Below, in pieces: positions 36,810 to 48,291 of a stretch of 64,000 nucleotides of DNA. Where the stretch lies: contig JAEWUO010000036.1 in assembly GCA_023459335.1 (NCBI GenBank), positions 18,866 to 82,865 of the forward strand, read 5' to 3'. The position numbers and the translations under genes are program-made. The DNA is from Bacillota bacterium (GTDB lineage Bacteria > Bacillota > Clostridia > Christensenellales > CAG-138). Numbering within the stretch: the first letter of the stretch is position 1; each line of letters starts with the position of its first letter. The notes under the pieces are model-generated. The model made no database searches. It saw only the letters and a program-made list of their open reading frames with translations, and was not told the DNA's origin.

Positions 36810-37841
36810 ATGAGAATTGCCATCGATGCGATGGGGGGCGATTATGCGCCGTACGCCGTGCTGGAAGGCGTTAAGCTCGTACTTCCGGAACTGAAGGAGA
36901 ATGTGGAACTCGCGCTTTACGGCGACGAGGCCGTGCTGCGAAAGGGACTTTCCGAACTGGGCGTATCCGACGGGCGGGTGCAGATCTTCGCGACATCGCA
37001 GGTCATCGGCTGCGACGAACAGCCGACGCTCGCCATCCGTAAAAAGAAAGACTCGTCCATGGTGCGCGCGGTGGAGGCGGTGGCCGAAGGCGCGGCGGAC
37101 TGCGTGCTCTCTGCGGGCAGCACAGGCGCGCTCTTAACCGGAGCCACGCTGATCATCAAGCGGCTCAAGGGAGTGAAGCGGCCCGCGCTGGCGATCGTGA
37201 TGCCGACCGCGGATTCCTGCGCGCTGCTTCTGGATTGCGGCGCGAACACGGACTGCAAGAGCGAATACCTTGTGCAGTTTGCTTTGATGGGTTCGGCTTA
37301 TATGAAGCGCGTTATCGGCGTGGAAAACCCGCGAGTGGGTCTTTTAAACAACGGCGCGGAAGAGGAAAAGGGCAACGAGCTGACGAAGGAAACGCATCAG
37401 CTCCTCAAGACGGCGCCGATCCGCTTTACCGGCAATTGCGAGGCGCGGGATGTGCTGAGCGGGGCATTCGACGTGATCGTCTGCGACGGGTTCGACGGCA
37501 ATGTGGTGCTCAAGGGGACGGAAGGCACGGCGGGGCTGATCATGGACCTGCTTAAACAAGCGCTGATGTCGAGCCTGCGCACCAAGATCGGCGCGCTGAT
37601 CTGCAAGCCTGCGTTTAAAATTCTGAAAAAGAAACTGGACCACACCGAATACGGCGGCGCGCCGCTTCTTGGCGTCAACGGCGGTGTGATCAAGGCGCAC
37701 GGCAGCTCCAACGGGAAGGCGTTCCGCTCGGCGATTCTGCAGGCGGTGAAACTCGTCTCGTCCGACGTAACGCAGCTGCTCGGAGCGGAAATTGCCGGCT
37801 TCGGACTGGAGGAAAAACCAACGGGGCGCGATGAGGATTGA
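36810..37841 (+). CDS. plsX: Phosphate acyltransferase PlsX
   Basis: MRIAIDAMGGDYAP from ATG 36810 (GGGAG upstream). GSTGALL and NGGVIKAHGSS motifs. Confidence 0.9.
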   Translation: MRIAIDAMGGDYAPYAVLEGVKLVLPELKENVELALYGDEAVLRKGLSELGVSDGRVQIFATSQVIGCDEQPTLAIRKKKDSSMVRAVEAVAEGAADCVLSAGSTGALLTGATLIIKRLKGVKRPALAIVMPTADSCALLLDCGANTDCKSEYLVQFALMGSAYMKRVIGVENPRVGLLNNGAEEEKGNELTKETHQLLKTAPIRFTGNCEARDVLSGAFDVIVCDGFDGNVVLKGTEGTAGLIMDLLKQALMSSLRTKIGALICKPAFKILKKKLDHTEYGGAPLLGVNGGVIKAHGSSNGKAFRSAILQAVKLVSSDVTQLLGAEIAGFGLEEKPTGRDED

Positions 37842-37916
37842 CATACCGTCCCGTTTCCGATAGAATACTACGCGAACAAGATGCGAAATGAACGCTTCGA
37901 AAAGGAGTTTTTGAAC

Positions 37917-38141
37917 ATGTATTTTGAGAAAGTTAGAGATATTATCGCCAAGCAGCTGGATATCGACGCAAAAACCATTACAATGACTAGCCGCCTCATC
38001 GACGACCTCAAGGCGGATTCGCTCGATATCGTGGAACTCATCATGGACCTCGAGCAGGAATTCAACATCGAGATTCCCGACGAAGAACTGCCCAGGGTAC
38101 AGACCGTAGCCGATATCGTCGGTTACCTCGAAAAGAACTGA
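37917..38141 (+). CDS. acpP: Acyl carrier protein
   Basis: ATG 37917 with AAGGAG upstream. [13 protein letters not shown] carries the phosphopantetheine Ser motif. Confidence 0.9.
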   Translation: MYFEKVRDIIAKQLDIDAKTITMTSRLIDDLKADSLDIVELIMDLEQEFNIEIPDEELPRVQTVADIVGYLEKN

Positions 38142-38162
38142 CCGACAACCACAAGCCAACTG

Positions 38163-38200
38163 CCCGCATCCGAAGGTTGAGACAGGGTGCGGGTTTTTTT
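38163..38200 (+). terminator. Rho-independent terminator after acpP
   Basis: CCCGCA...TGCGGG followed by TTTTTTT. Confidence 0.7.
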
Positions 38201-38284
38201 GTAAAGCGCACGGGGCGCCGCAGCACCGACCGTTTGCTAAATAATCCGACGCTCTGAATGATCCATAACGACAAAGGAAACCGA

Positions 38285-38998
38285 ATGCAGGACATGCAAT
38301 CCGCAATCTCCGCGCTGGAGGAAACCTTGCAGTATGCTTTTCGCGACCGTTCCCTGCTGGAAACGGCGCTGACACATACCTCGTTTGTCAAGGGGGACGG
38401 AAAGCGACAGACGCACAACGAGCGCCTTGAGTTCCTGGGCGACGCGGTGCTGGAGCTCTGCGTGAGCGAACACCTGTATCTATGTCATCCCGAATTGCAG
38501 GAAGGCGCGATGACACGGCACCGCGCGCGGCTCGTCTGCGAGCAGGCGCTCTTCAGCGCGGCGCAGACGCTAGGCGTACCCGCCTGTCTCCGCCTCGGCA
38601 ACGGCGAGGAGCTTACCGGCGGGCGTCAGAAGCCGTCCATCGTTTCGGACGCACTGGAGGCGGTGATCGGCGCGGTTTATCTCGACGGCGGGCTGGAGCA
38701 CGCGCGCCGCGTGATTCTGGAGCGCGTCATTCGCCTTCTGGAGGAAGCGCGCGTGGATGAAACGGACAAAGACTTTAAAACCCGCTTGCAGGAGCACGTG
38801 CAGAAACAGCACATCGGCACGCTTGAGTACGAGTGCATGGATGAAACCGGCCCGGAACATCAGAAGCGCTTCACCATCCGCGTCCTTCTCTCCGGCGAAC
38901 CCGTCGGCGAGGGAACGGGGCACAACAAACAGAGCGCGGGGCAGGCTGCGGCGAGAGCCGCGTTGATCCGGCTGGGCGTTCTGGAGGGCGAAGCATGA
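38285..38998 (+). CDS. rnc: Ribonuclease III
   Basis: [14 protein letters not shown] signature and a C-terminal dsRBD ([10 protein letters not shown]...[11 protein letters not shown]). Start is ATG 38285 or the upstream 38258. Confidence 0.9.
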   Translation: MQDMQSAISALEETLQYAFRDRSLLETALTHTSFVKGDGKRQTHNERLEFLGDAVLELCVSEHLYLCHPELQEGAMTRHRARLVCEQALFSAAQTLGVPACLRLGNGEELTGGRQKPSIVSDALEAVIGAVYLDGGLEHARRVILERVIRLLEEARVDETDKDFKTRLQEHVQKQHIGTLEYECMDETGPEHQKRFTIRVLLSGEPVGEGTGHNKQSAGQAAARAALIRLGVLEGEA

Positions 38999-41900
38999 GA
39001 CTGACAAAACTCGAGCTCAACGGCTTCAAGTCCTTCGCGCGCAAGACCGAACTGCGCTTCGGGCAGGGAATTACCGCCATCATTGGCCCCAACGGCAGCG
39101 GAAAGAGCAACATCTCCGACGCGGTTCGCTGGGTGCTCGGCGAACAGAGCGCAAAAGCGCTCCGCGGCGCCAGGATGGAGGATGTGATCTTCAACGGCAC
39201 GCAGCTGAGAAAGGCTCTCGCTTACAGCGAGGTGACGCTGACCTTCGATAACGCGGACGGCCAGATCAACCTGCCGTTTGCGGAAGTCGCCATCACGCGG
39301 CGCGTCTACCGCTCCGGCGAGAGCGAATATTGCATCAACCGCAACAACTGCAGGCTTAAGGACATCAACGACCTCTTCTTCGACACCGGCATCGGGAAAG
39401 ACGGATACTCCATCATCGGTCAGGGCAAGGTGGAGGAAATCCTCTCCAACAAGAGCGGGGACCGCAGAGCCGCGTTCGAAGAGGCGGCGGGCGTGATGCG
39501 CTACCGCGTGCGCAAGGAAGAAGCGGAGCGCAAGCTCGCCAACACCGAAAAAAACCTCGAACGCATCGAGGATATCTTAAAAGAACTGGCCGACAGACTC
39601 GGCCCTCTCGAGGAGCAGAGCGCGTCCGCGCGCGCTTACCTGCGCCTTCGGGACGAATTGAAAGACCTTGAGGTCAACCTGTTTTTAAGCCAGTACGACC
39701 GCGTGCACGAACGGCTGGATCAGATCAACGACGCCATGCGCCAGATGAACGAAGAACATGCGCTGGCGGAAACGGGGGAAAGCACGCTGCTTTCCGCCTG
39801 CGCCGCGCTGGAGGAACAGCTTCGCTCGCTCGATACCGCGTTGAACGCACAGCAGAACCGGCTCATGGGGCTGGTTTCCGAAGCGGAGACGCGCGTTGGC
39901 GCGGGCAACGTCCTGGCTGAACGGCGAGAGAATACGATACTGGCGCAAAAGCGCATTGCACAGGAGCGCGGATCCGGCAAAGCTCGCCTTGATGAACTCG
40001 GCACCGTAATCGCAGGCATGCAGACGGACGAATCCGGCCAGGCGGCGCTGAGCCTGCTCGAAAAAGAGATGGAAACCGCTCAGCAGCGGCTAGACGCGCT
40101 GGATACGGATATCTCCGCACGCGAGGAAGCGCTCGATCAGATGAAGAACAGCCTGATCGAGAGCATGAACCGTATGTCGGATTTCAAATCAAGCGTAAGC
40201 CGTTACGACGCGATGAAAACATCGATCAGCCAGCGGCTTGCCGCGATCGAAACGGAAGCCGCACTCCGCATGGAGGAAACCGCCCGCCTGAACGAAGAGC
40301 TGGAAACCGCGAAGCGGCAGCACGAGGCGGAAGCGGACCGGCTGGAACAAACGAAACGGGACTTTGAAGCCAGCATTGAACACCGCAGAAAGACGCTGGA
40401 CGCGTTTACCGCGCTGCGCGAGGAACTCGCGCGGGACGAGCAGGGCATCGCGTCCATCCAGTCCCGCCTACGCGTGCTGGACGAGATGCAGCGTTCGCGC
40501 GAGGGTTATTACGCGAGCGTAAAAAACATTCTCAAGGACGCGCCGAACGACCCGAAACTCTCCCGCGCCATCGTCGGCGTGGTCGCGGAGCTCATCCGCG
40601 TGCCTAAGGAATACGAAATCGCCGTGACCATGGCGCTGGGGTCCACGCTGCAGAATATCGTGACCCCGACCGCCGAGGACGCGAAATACGTCATTGAATA
40701 CTTGCGTGCCAAGGATTACGGCAGGGCGACCCTGCTGCCGATGGCGCTTCTGAACCCAACGCGCATCACGCGCGAGGAACGGGCGCTGCTTGATCTGCCC
40801 GGCTGCATCGGCGTAGCGAATGAACTTGTCGATTGCGACGACAACGTGCGCGGCGTGATGGATTACCTGCTCTGCCGCACGATCGTGGTCAAGGACCTCG
40901 ACGCGGGCATCGCGCTGAAGAAACGCACCAGAAACGCGTTTCATATCGCGACGCTGGAGGGCGACATCATCAGCACCGGCGGGTCGATGAGCGGCGGCAG
41001 TTTGCAGAAAAACAGCTTCAACCTCTTAAGCCGCGAGCGCGAACTGCAGGAACTGCGCGAGAAGCTGAAAAAGGAAGCAGCGGCGCTGGAGGAAAAGAGA
41101 GAGAAACTGCGCGGCGGCGAGCAGGACGTGCTCAGGTGCGATATTCAGGTGGATTCCTTCCGCGACGCGGTGCACGCCTGCGAAATCGACGCGGCAAAGC
41201 AGGCGGAGCAGTTCGATATCATCCGCCGGGACGTGGAAGTCAGCCGGCAGCGCGAACACGCTCTGGCGGAAGAAAAAGCACAGCTGAGCGAAAACCTCGC
41301 CGAGGCGGAACGCGAGCGCGCGAACGCGGACGAACAGCAGACCGGCATCGAGCAGGGCAACGCAGCAACGCGCGAGGATGTCTCCCGCGCGCAGGGCGAG
41401 CTGGCCGAACTGCGCAGGCAGCGTGAGGCATTTGCCGGTGAACTCACCGAACAAAAGGTCCGCCGCATGGCTCTGTCAAAAGAGCGGGACGCGGTCTATG
41501 CGGAGCAGAAACGCCTCGTCAGCGAGCATCGCGAACTCTCCATTCGCCTGACCGCGCTGGAACAGGAAGCGGCGGAAACCGCACAGACGCTTACCGCGAT
41601 CGACACGGAACTGGAAAGCATGCGCACACAGATCGAGAGCGACACCGCGCTGACCGGAACGGAGAAGGAAGCGCAGAGGAAACTGGAAGAGGAACGCCAG
41701 AGCGTATACGCCTCGCTGAACGAACAGCGCGCGCGGCGCGAGGAACTGCTGACGTCTTCCCGCGATCTGTCGGAGCGCATTCACAAGCAGGAAATGACGC
41801 AGAGCCGGCTTGAGATGGAACTCGGCGCCATGCAGGACCATATCTGGAACGAATACGACCTGACATACGAAAATGCCGCCGCGCTCCGGCGCGAGATCCC

Positions 41901-42582
41901 CATCGGCGTGAGCAACGCGCGCGTCAACGAGATCAAGGCGGAGATCAAAACGCTGGGCGATATCAGTCTCGGCTCGATTGAAGAGTATAAGACCGTGTTC
42001 GAACGGCACAGCGAGCTGGATACGCAGTGCGAGGACCTCCACAAGGCAAAACAGGACCTCGAAACGCTGATCACGGAGCTGACCGGCACGATGGAGACGG
42101 TGTTTTTACGGCAGTTTGAGTTGATTCAACAGAATTTTTCTAGCACGTTCGCCGAGCTTTTCGGCGGCGGGCAGGCGGAACTCCGCCTCGCGGATAAAAC
42201 CGACGTGCTCGGCTGCGATATCGACATCATCGCACAGCCCCCGGGAAAGAAACTCCAGCTTCTTTCGCTTCTATCCGGCGGGGAACGCACGCTGACCGCC
42301 ATCGCGCTGCTGTTTGCGATGCTGAAGCTCAAACCGCCCGCGTTCTGCATGCTCGACGAAATCGAGTCCGCGCTGGACGAGGCGAACGTCTCGCGGTTCG
42401 CGGATTACGTCAAGCGATATTCGGAAGGCACGCAGTTCATCCTCATCACGCACCGCAAGGGCAGCATGGAGGTCTGCGACACGCTCTACGGCGTCTCGAT
42501 GGAGGAGAAGGGCGTAAGCAAGATCGTCTCCGCGCGCTTCGGGGAGAACGGCGTCGCCGCCGCGCCGGAGCAGGCAATCTAG
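38995..42582 (+). CDS. smc: Chromosome partition protein Smc
   Basis: 1195 aa. GPNGSGKSN Walker A, long coiled coils and a hinge. [16 protein letters not shown] signature and [12 protein letters not shown] Walker B. Confidence 0.95.
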   Translation: MRLTKLELNGFKSFARKTELRFGQGITAIIGPNGSGKSNISDAVRWVLGEQSAKALRGARMEDVIFNGTQLRKALAYSEVTLTFDNADGQINLPFAEVAITRRVYRSGESEYCINRNNCRLKDINDLFFDTGIGKDGYSIIGQGKVEEILSNKSGDRRAAFEEAAGVMRYRVRKEEAERKLANTEKNLERIEDILKELADRLGPLEEQSASARAYLRLRDELKDLEVNLFLSQYDRVHERLDQINDAMRQMNEEHALAETGESTLLSACAALEEQLRSLDTALNAQQNRLMGLVSEAETRVGAGNVLAERRENTILAQKRIAQERGSGKARLDELGTVIAGMQTDESGQAALSLLEKEMETAQQRLDALDTDISAREEALDQMKNSLIESMNRMSDFKSSVSRYDAMKTSISQRLAAIETEAALRMEETARLNEELETAKRQHEAEADRLEQTKRDFEASIEHRRKTLDAFTALREELARDEQGIASIQSRLRVLDEMQRSREGYYASVKNILKDAPNDPKLSRAIVGVVAELIRVPKEYEIAVTMALGSTLQNIVTPTAEDAKYVIEYLRAKDYGRATLLPMALLNPTRITREERALLDLPGCIGVANELVDCDDNVRGVMDYLLCRTIVVKDLDAGIALKKRTRNAFHIATLEGDIISTGGSMSGGSLQKNSFNLLSRERELQELREKLKKEAAALEEKREKLRGGEQDVLRCDIQVDSFRDAVHACEIDAAKQAEQFDIIRRDVEVSRQREHALAEEKAQLSENLAEAERERANADEQQTGIEQGNAATREDVSRAQGELAELRRQREAFAGELTEQKVRRMALSKERDAVYAEQKRLVSEHRELSIRLTALEQEAAETAQTLTAIDTELESMRTQIESDTALTGTEKEAQRKLEEERQSVYASLNEQRARREELLTSSRDLSERIHKQEMTQSRLEMELGAMQDHIWNEYDLTYENAAALRREIPIGVSNARVNEIKAEIKTLGDISLGSIEEYKTVFERHSELDTQCEDLHKAKQDLETLITELTGTMETVFLRQFELIQQNFSSTFAELFGGGQAELRLADKTDVLGCDIDIIAQPPGKKLQLLSLLSGGERTLTAIALLFAMLKLKPPAFCMLDEIESALDEANVSRFADYVKRYSEGTQFILITHRKGSMEVCDTLYGVSMEEKGVSKIVSARFGENGVAAAPEQAI

Positions 42583-42603
42583 AAAATCCGATTGGGAATC
42601 GAT

Positions 42604-43521
42604 ATGGAAAAGAAACCGCTGTTTCAAAAATGGAAAACCGGACTGGGCAAGACGCGCACGGGACTGCTCGCGCGCATCTTCGCGTCCAAGGACGGCATCA
42701 ACGAAGAATTTTATGAGGAGCTAGAAGAAGCGCTGATCCTCGCGGACGCGGGAGCCGGCGTGACCGAACGCCTGCTGGATGATCTGCAGGCGGCAATCAG
42801 GGAAAAGAAGATTTCCGCCCGTGCGGACGCGAGAAAAGAGCTCGCCGCGCTGATTGCAAAAGCCGTCGTCTCGGACAAACCCTTTTCCGCGGACGAAGGC
42901 CCGGCCGTGCTGCTCGTCGTCGGCGTCAACGGCGTGGGCAAAACGACCAGCATCGGCAAACTCGCCAACGGTTACCGCGGTCAGGGGCGAAAGGTCATGC
43001 TTGCCGCGGCGGACACATTCCGCGCTGCGGCGGCGGAGCAGCTCGGCGAGTGGGCAAAACGCGCGGACGTCGCCATGGTGAAACACGGCGAAGGCGCGGA
43101 TCCGGCGGCGGTGGTGTTCGACGCGATCGCAAGTTATAAAGCCAAAGGCTGCGACCTGCTGATCTGCGATACGGCGGGGCGGCTGCACAACAAGACAAAA
43201 CTCATGAACGAACTGGGCAAGATCCGCCGCGTGATCGCGCGCGAACTACCGGACATCCCCTGCGAAACCCTGCTGGTTCTCGACGCGGTGACGGGCCAGA
43301 ACGCGATAGCGCAGGCGCGCGCGTTCGCGGAGGTCTGCCAGCTGGACGGCGTGATTCTGACCAAACTCGACGGCACGGCCAAGGGCGGCGTGGTGATCTC
43401 GATCTGCGAGTCTCTCCATGTGCCAGTGCGCTTCGTCGGCGTGGGCGAGGGGATCGACGACCTGCAGCCGTTCGACGCGGGGCTGTTTTCCGAAGCGCTG
43501 CTCGCAAACGACGCGGACTGA
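42604..43521 (+). CDS. ftsY: Signal recognition particle receptor FtsY (short form, NG domain only)
   Basis: GVNGVGKTTSIGK, DTAGRLHNK and TKLDGTAKGG motifs. Confidence 0.9.
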   Translation: MEKKPLFQKWKTGLGKTRTGLLARIFASKDGINEEFYEELEEALILADAGAGVTERLLDDLQAAIREKKISARADARKELAALIAKAVVSDKPFSADEGPAVLLVVGVNGVGKTTSIGKLANGYRGQGRKVMLAAADTFRAAAAEQLGEWAKRADVAMVKHGEGADPAAVVFDAIASYKAKGCDLLICDTAGRLHNKTKLMNELGKIRRVIARELPDIPCETLLVLDAVTGQNAIAQARAFAEVCQLDGVILTKLDGTAKGGVVISICESLHVPVRFVGVGEGIDDLQPFDAGLFSEALLANDAD

Positions 43522-43549
43522 ACTAGAAATTATATTTTCAGAATTAGGC

Positions 43550-43577
43550 TTGACTTTTTCGCCTGCCGCCGTATAAT
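43550..43577 (+). promoter_or_regulatory. Sigma-A-like promoter TTGACT-16-TATAAT for ylxM-ffh
   Basis: Hexamers at 43550-43555 and 43572-43577. Followed by a leader of about 105 nt containing hairpins. Confidence 0.5.
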
Positions 43578-43690
43578 GGTACGGTGTAAAGCAATTCTGC
43601 TTTACAGGCAACCGCACGCATGCGTTTTAGGCACGCTTACAACGAACGGCATAAGGCCATCCGCCTTGCAGATGGCAGCAGAAGTTTTTC

Positions 43691-44026
43691 ATGGATCGTC
43701 TGGTCGAACTTGGACAATTACTGGACTGGTACGGCGCTTTTTTAACCGAGCGCCAGCGTTCGCTCGTTCGGTTATACGCTTACGAAGATCTGTCGCTGGG
43801 TGATATCGCGTATCAGGTCGGCATCTCGCGCCAGGCGGTCAGAGACGCGATCACAACCGCAGAAGCGGAATTGAAAGATATGGAATCCAAACTCCGGCTT
43901 ATCGAAACAAATCAAGAACAACGCCGCCTGCTCGCGGAACTGGGTGAAACGAGCCTGGATGGGCGGCAAAAGGAATTGCTCCGGCAACTGACCGAGCTGG
44001 TTTCGGAGGAAAGCGATGGCGTTTGA
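43691..44026 (+). CDS. ylxM: YlxM-family (UPF0122) putative DNA-binding protein
   Basis: LTERQRSLVRLYAYEDLSLGDIAYQVGISRQAVRDAI is a sigma-70 region-4-like HTH. Conserved position upstream of ffh. Confidence 0.8.
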   Translation: MDRLVELGQLLDWYGAFLTERQRSLVRLYAYEDLSLGDIAYQVGISRQAVRDAITTAEAELKDMESKLRLIETNQEQRRLLAELGETSLDGRQKELLRQLTELVSEESDGV

Positions 44027-45350
44027 AGGCGTCTCACAAAAACTGCAGGCGGTATTCAAGCGGCTGAATTCGCGCGGGAAGCTCGGCGAAGGCGACGTGA
44101 AAGAGGCCATGCGCGAGATCAAGCTCGCGCTTCTGGAAGCGGACGTCAACTTCGTGGTCGTCAAGGACTTCGTCAAGACCGTAACAGACCGCGCTGTGGG
44201 CGCAGAAGTGCTTGAGAGCCTCACTCCCGGACAGCAGGTCGTCAAGATCGTCAATGAAGAGCTCACGCGCCTCATGGGCGGCGAACACGCAAAGCTCGAG
44301 TTCGGCATCCGGAAACCCTCGGTCATCCTGATGGCCGGTCTGCAGGGCGCGGGCAAGACCACCATGTGCGGCAAGCTCGGCGCGTATATCGCGAAGCATT
44401 ACGGCAAAAGCGTTCTCTTGGCCGCATGCGATATCTACCGGCCCGCCGCGATCCAGCAACTCCAGATCGTCGGCGAAAAGCTCGATCTTCCCGTATACGA
44501 ACACGGGACGCAGAATCCGGCGCTCACCGCGAAGGAAGCGGTCGCGGAGGCGAAGCACAAGTTTATCGACGTGGTCATCGTCGACACGGCCGGACGCCTG
44601 CACATCGACGGCGAGATGATGGAGGAGCTCAAGAAGATCCGCGATGCGGTGAATCCCGCGGAAATTCTGCTTGTTGTGGACGCGATGACCGGGCAGGACG
44701 CGGTCAACGTCGCAAAGAGTTTTCATGAGACCGTCGTGCTTACGGGCGTGATCCTCACTAAGCTGGACGGCGACACGCGCGGCGGCGCGGCGCTCTCCGT
44801 GCGCGCGGTGACGGGTAAACCCATCAAGTTTTCCGGCATCGGCGAAAAGCTGACCGACATCGAACCGTTCCATCCCGACCGCATGGCGAGCCGCATCCTC
44901 GGCATGGGAGACGTGCTCACGCTCATCGAAAAAGCGCAGTCCGCGTTCGACGAGAAAAAGGCGATCGAGCTGGCCGATAAGATGAAGACCAACTCGTTCA
45001 CGCTGGACGATTTCCTCGACCAGATGGATCAGATGAAAAACCTCGGGTCGATGGAAGATATCGTGAAGATGATCCCGGGTATGGATGCAAAGGCGCTCGG
45101 CGGCGCGCAGATCGACGAAAAGCAGATGGCGCGCACAAAGGCGATCATCCAGAGCATGACCAAGGCCGAGCGGAAAGACCCGGATATCCTCACCGCAAGC
45201 CGAAGAAAGCGCATCGCGCGCGGCAGCGGAACGAGCGTGCAGGAGGTCAACCGCCTCATGAATCAGTTCAATGCTTCGCGCCAAATGATGAAGCAGATGA
45301 GCGGCAGAATGAAGAAGGGCAAAAGGGGCGGCTTTCCGTTCGGATTCTAA
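44016..45350 (+). CDS. ffh: Signal recognition particle protein Ffh
   Basis: GLQGAGKTT, DTAGRLH and TKLDGDTRGG motifs, plus a Met-rich M domain. Confidence 0.95.
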   Translation: MAFEGVSQKLQAVFKRLNSRGKLGEGDVKEAMREIKLALLEADVNFVVVKDFVKTVTDRAVGAEVLESLTPGQQVVKIVNEELTRLMGGEHAKLEFGIRKPSVILMAGLQGAGKTTMCGKLGAYIAKHYGKSVLLAACDIYRPAAIQQLQIVGEKLDLPVYEHGTQNPALTAKEAVAEAKHKFIDVVIVDTAGRLHIDGEMMEELKKIRDAVNPAEILLVVDAMTGQDAVNVAKSFHETVVLTGVILTKLDGDTRGGAALSVRAVTGKPIKFSGIGEKLTDIEPFHPDRMASRILGMGDVLTLIEKAQSAFDEKKAIELADKMKTNSFTLDDFLDQMDQMKNLGSMEDIVKMIPGMDAKALGGAQIDEKQMARTKAIIQSMTKAERKDPDILTASRRKRIARGSGTSVQEVNRLMNQFNASRQMMKQMSGRMKKGKRGGFPFGF

Positions 45351-45427
45351 ACGGAATGAATTTGGCGAATCACGTTTTCACGTATTCGATATAAAAAACT
45401 ACATCATATATTTGGAGGAAGCAGACA

Positions 45428-45670
45428 ATGCTCAAGATCAGACTGCGCCGCATGGGCGCAAAGAAGGCGCCTTTCTATCGTATCATCGTTGCGGATTCCC
45501 GCGCGCCCCGCGACGGCGCATGCGTGGAAGAGATCGGCTATTACAACCCCCTCGCGAACCCCGTTGAGCTGACCGTGAACAACGAACACGCGGCTGAATG
45601 GATCAAGAAGGGCGCGCAGCCGACGGACACCGTTCGAGCGCTGCTGAAGAAGAGCGGCGCCATCCAGTGA
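45428..45670 (+). CDS. rpsP: 30S ribosomal protein S16
   Basis: [30 protein letters not shown]. Confidence 0.95.
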   Translation: MLKIRLRRMGAKKAPFYRIIVADSRAPRDGACVEEIGYYNPLANPVELTVNNEHAAEWIKKGAQPTDTVRALLKKSGAIQ

Positions 45671-45677
45671 GGCAGCC

Positions 45678-45914
45678 GTGATGGAGGAACTCGTACGCTT
45701 TATCGCGAAAAACCTCGTCGACGAACCGGACTCCGTCGTGGTCGAGTCGCGCGAGGAAGGGGACACGGTCGTGATCTCCCTCTCCGTAGCGCCTGCCGAC
45801 ATGGGCAAGGTCATCGGCAGGCAGGGACGCATCGCCAAGGCGATCCGAACGGTCGTCAAGGCCGCGAGCGTCCGAGAAGACAAGAAATACATGGTGGATA
45901 TCGTCGAGCAGTAA
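45678..45914 (+). CDS. khpA: KH-domain RNA-binding protein (KhpA/YlqC-like)
   Basis: GKVIGRQGRIAKAIRTVV KH motif. Lies between rpsP and rimM. Confidence 0.8.
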   Translation: MMEELVRFIAKNLVDEPDSVVVESREEGDTVVISLSVAPADMGKVIGRQGRIAKAIRTVVKAASVREDKKYMVDIVEQ

Positions 45915-45966
45915 CGCGCGGCAATCCGCCGGTACCCGCGAAGCGAAGAAGTACCGAGGGAATAAA

Positions 45967-46488
45967 TTGAGGGCGAAGTATCTGCGCGTCGGCCAGATCG
46001 TCCGCGCGCACGGCGTGCACGGGGATGTGAAAATCATCCCGCTGACGGACGATCCTGTGCGGTTTCGCGCGTTGGAAACGGCATATCTCGAATCGACGAC
46101 AGGCGCGTATGCGCCTGTTGCGGTAAAAAGCGCGCGCTTTCTGCCGGATGCGGTGCTGCTGCATCTTGAAGGATTCGACTCGGTGGAGCAGGCGGAGACG
46201 CTGAAAAACCGTTATCTCTGCGTCAGTCGGGAGAACGCGGTCAAACTCAACAGCGACACGTATTTCATCGCCGATTTAATCGGATGCGAGACGTTCGATA
46301 CCAACGGTAAAGCGTACGGAAAAATCACCGATGTGCTGGAGACCGGCGCGAACGACGTTTACGAGATCGACGGCGGGAAGCTGCTCGTGCCCGCACTAAA
46401 AAAAGTGCTGCGCGAGGTGGACTTGGAAAACGGACGCATCGTTTTCGATGTGTCCGTACTGGAGGAGGTCGGCTGTTTTGCGGATTGA
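45967..46488 (+). CDS. rimM: 16S rRNA processing protein RimM
   Basis: TTG start. [18 protein letters not shown] and a PRC-barrel C-terminus. Confidence 0.85.
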   Translation: MRAKYLRVGQIVRAHGVHGDVKIIPLTDDPVRFRALETAYLESTTGAYAPVAVKSARFLPDAVLLHLEGFDSVEQAETLKNRYLCVSRENAVKLNSDTYFIADLIGCETFDTNGKAYGKITDVLETGANDVYEIDGGKLLVPALKKVLREVDLENGRIVFDVSVLEEVGCFAD

Positions 46489-47197
46489 CATTCTCACGCT
46501 GTTTCCGGAGATGTTCTCCGGCGTACTCGGCGCGAGCATGCTCGGACGCGCGCAGGCCGGCGGCCTCATCGATATTCGCGTGCATGACATCCGCGCTTAC
46601 ACGGACAACAAGCATAAAAAAGCGGACGACTATCCCTTTGGCGGCGGTGCAGGCCTGATCATGATGGCGCAGCCGATCTTCGACTGCATGGACGCAGTCC
46701 TGGAAGGCGGCAGCGCAAGGCGAATCCTCCTGACCCCGCGAGGGCGGACACTGAACCAGAAGATCGCGCGGGAACTGGCGGCGCAGGAGAGGCTCGTGCT
46801 GCTCTGCGGGCATTACGAAGGTGTGGACGAGCGTGTGATGCGCATCATCGATGACGAAATCTCCATCGGCGATTACGTGCTCACGGGCGGCGAGCTGCCC
46901 GCCATGGTGCTGACGGACTGCGTCAGCCGCCTGATTCCGGGCGTGCTCGGGAGCGAAGAAAGCGCGGCGGACGAATCGTTTACCGAGGATCTGCTGGAAT
47001 ATCCCCAGTATACTCGACCCGCGAACTTCCGTGGGATGGAAGTGCCGGAGATCCTTTTAAACGGACACCACGCGAAGATTCAGGCCTGGCGGCTGGAACA
47101 AGCGAGGCTTAAGACCGCGCTGAACCGTCCCGACCTGCTGCGGGAAAAAGCGGAAAACGGCGAAGCGATCGAAGCGCCGGACAACGCCTGGCTGTAA
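46478..47197 (+). CDS. trmD: tRNA (guanine37-N1)-methyltransferase
   Basis: TTG 46478 with GGAGGAGG 9 nt upstream gives [23 protein letters not shown] and [12 protein letters not shown] motifs. Overlaps the rimM stop. Confidence 0.9.
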   Translation: MRIDILTLFPEMFSGVLGASMLGRAQAGGLIDIRVHDIRAYTDNKHKKADDYPFGGGAGLIMMAQPIFDCMDAVLEGGSARRILLTPRGRTLNQKIARELAAQERLVLLCGHYEGVDERVMRIIDDEISIGDYVLTGGELPAMVLTDCVSRLIPGVLGSEESAADESFTEDLLEYPQYTRPANFRGMEVPEILLNGHHAKIQAWRLEQARLKTALNRPDLLREKAENGEAIEAPDNAWL

Positions 47198-47232
47198 TCA
47201 GTTCATTCATACGGAGATGTAATATCGAACGG

Positions 47233-47259
47233 CAATCCTGTTTGGGATTGTCTTGTTTT
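47233..47259 (+). terminator. Weak hairpin plus T-rich run after trmD
   Basis: CAATCC-TGTTTG-GGATTG followed by TCTTGTTTT. Confidence 0.35.
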
Positions 47260-47298
47260 GGATAAGGAGCGTGCCGGTGATTCGGCGCGGCAAACGGA

Positions 47299-48165
47299 AT
47301 GAAAAAGAATACAATCGGCACAATAGCCATGATCGGAACCGGCCTGCTCTGGAGCATCGGCGGGATTTTCATAAAGCTGATTCCCTGGAATCCGCTCGCC
47401 ATCGTCGGCCTTCGCGGGGCACTGGGCGGGCTCGTGATGTATATATACATGCGTGCGCGCGGAATCAGGCCGGCTGTGAACAAAGATACGCTGAAGATTG
47501 CCGTTGCGATGGCGGGGGTTTGCACCACATTCGTTGCGGCGAACAAACTCACGACCGCGGCGAACGCTATCGTGATCCAGTACTGCGCGCCGGTGTTCGT
47601 GCTTCTCTATATCGCGTTCGTGCAGAAAAAGAAGCTGCGTTCTCTGGATATCGCCGTGGTGCCGGTCACCGTGCTGGGCGTTTCGCTCTGCTTTATCGGG
47701 CAGATCGGAAACGGCCATCTTGCGGGCGATATCGTGGCGGTTGTTTCCAGCGTGTTCTTTGCGGGTATGTTCATTTTCAGCGAGGGCGTTTCCGATCAGA
47801 CGCGCACGAACGGGATCATGCAGGGGCACTTTCTGAACGCGCTGATCGGGCTGCCCGTGCTGATCGTAACCCATCCCGTATTTTCAGGCACGACCATCCT
47901 CAGCATACTCGCGCTTGGCATTTTCCAGATCGGGATCGCGAACATCCTCTACAGCATAGCGATGAAGAACGCGTCGATCCTGACCTGCTCGCTGCTCGCG
48001 GTACTGGAACCGCTGCTAAACCCCGTTTGGGTATTTCTCTTCGCGGGGGAAAATCCGGGGGAATGGTCGCTCATCGGCGGTGCGATCGTGATCGTGGCAA
48101 TTACGCTCTGGTACGTGTACGACGCAAAGCACCCCGCGCCTCAGACGGAGCTAAAGGGCGCATAA
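47299..48165 (+). CDS. EamA-family (DMT superfamily) transporter
   Basis: 288 aa, about 10 TM helices, with duplicated EamA-like halves. Confidence 0.8.
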   Translation: MKKNTIGTIAMIGTGLLWSIGGIFIKLIPWNPLAIVGLRGALGGLVMYIYMRARGIRPAVNKDTLKIAVAMAGVCTTFVAANKLTTAANAIVIQYCAPVFVLLYIAFVQKKKLRSLDIAVVPVTVLGVSLCFIGQIGNGHLAGDIVAVVSSVFFAGMFIFSEGVSDQTRTNGIMQGHFLNALIGLPVLIVTHPVFSGTTILSILALGIFQIGIANILYSIAMKNASILTCSLLAVLEPLLNPVWVFLFAGENPGEWSLIGGAIVIVAITLWYVYDAKHPAPQTELKGA

Positions 48166-48182
48166 ACACTGGCAAAAACAGC

Positions 48183-48211
48183 TTGCATTCAGATGGCGGC
48201 TGTGTTATAAT
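48183..48211 (+). promoter_or_regulatory. Sigma-A-like promoter TTGCAT-17-(TGt)TATAAT for rplS
   Basis: Hexamers at 48183-48188 and 48206-48211 with an extended -10 TG. An ~80-nt leader follows. Confidence 0.5.
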
Positions 48212-48291
48212 CGCGTTCGTGACATCGGGCGGTCCTCTGTTCGGCATATGAAGTATGAACGCCTGGCAAACTGAAAGGAGAATATTTCAAA

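Noticed and set aside
43578-43690. Possible SRP (4.5S/scRNA) gene next to ftsY and ffh.
   Set aside because: It is too short and lacks the conserved domain IV motifs (a GGAA-type tetraloop with flanking symmetric-loop sequences). It is more consistent with a 5' UTR.
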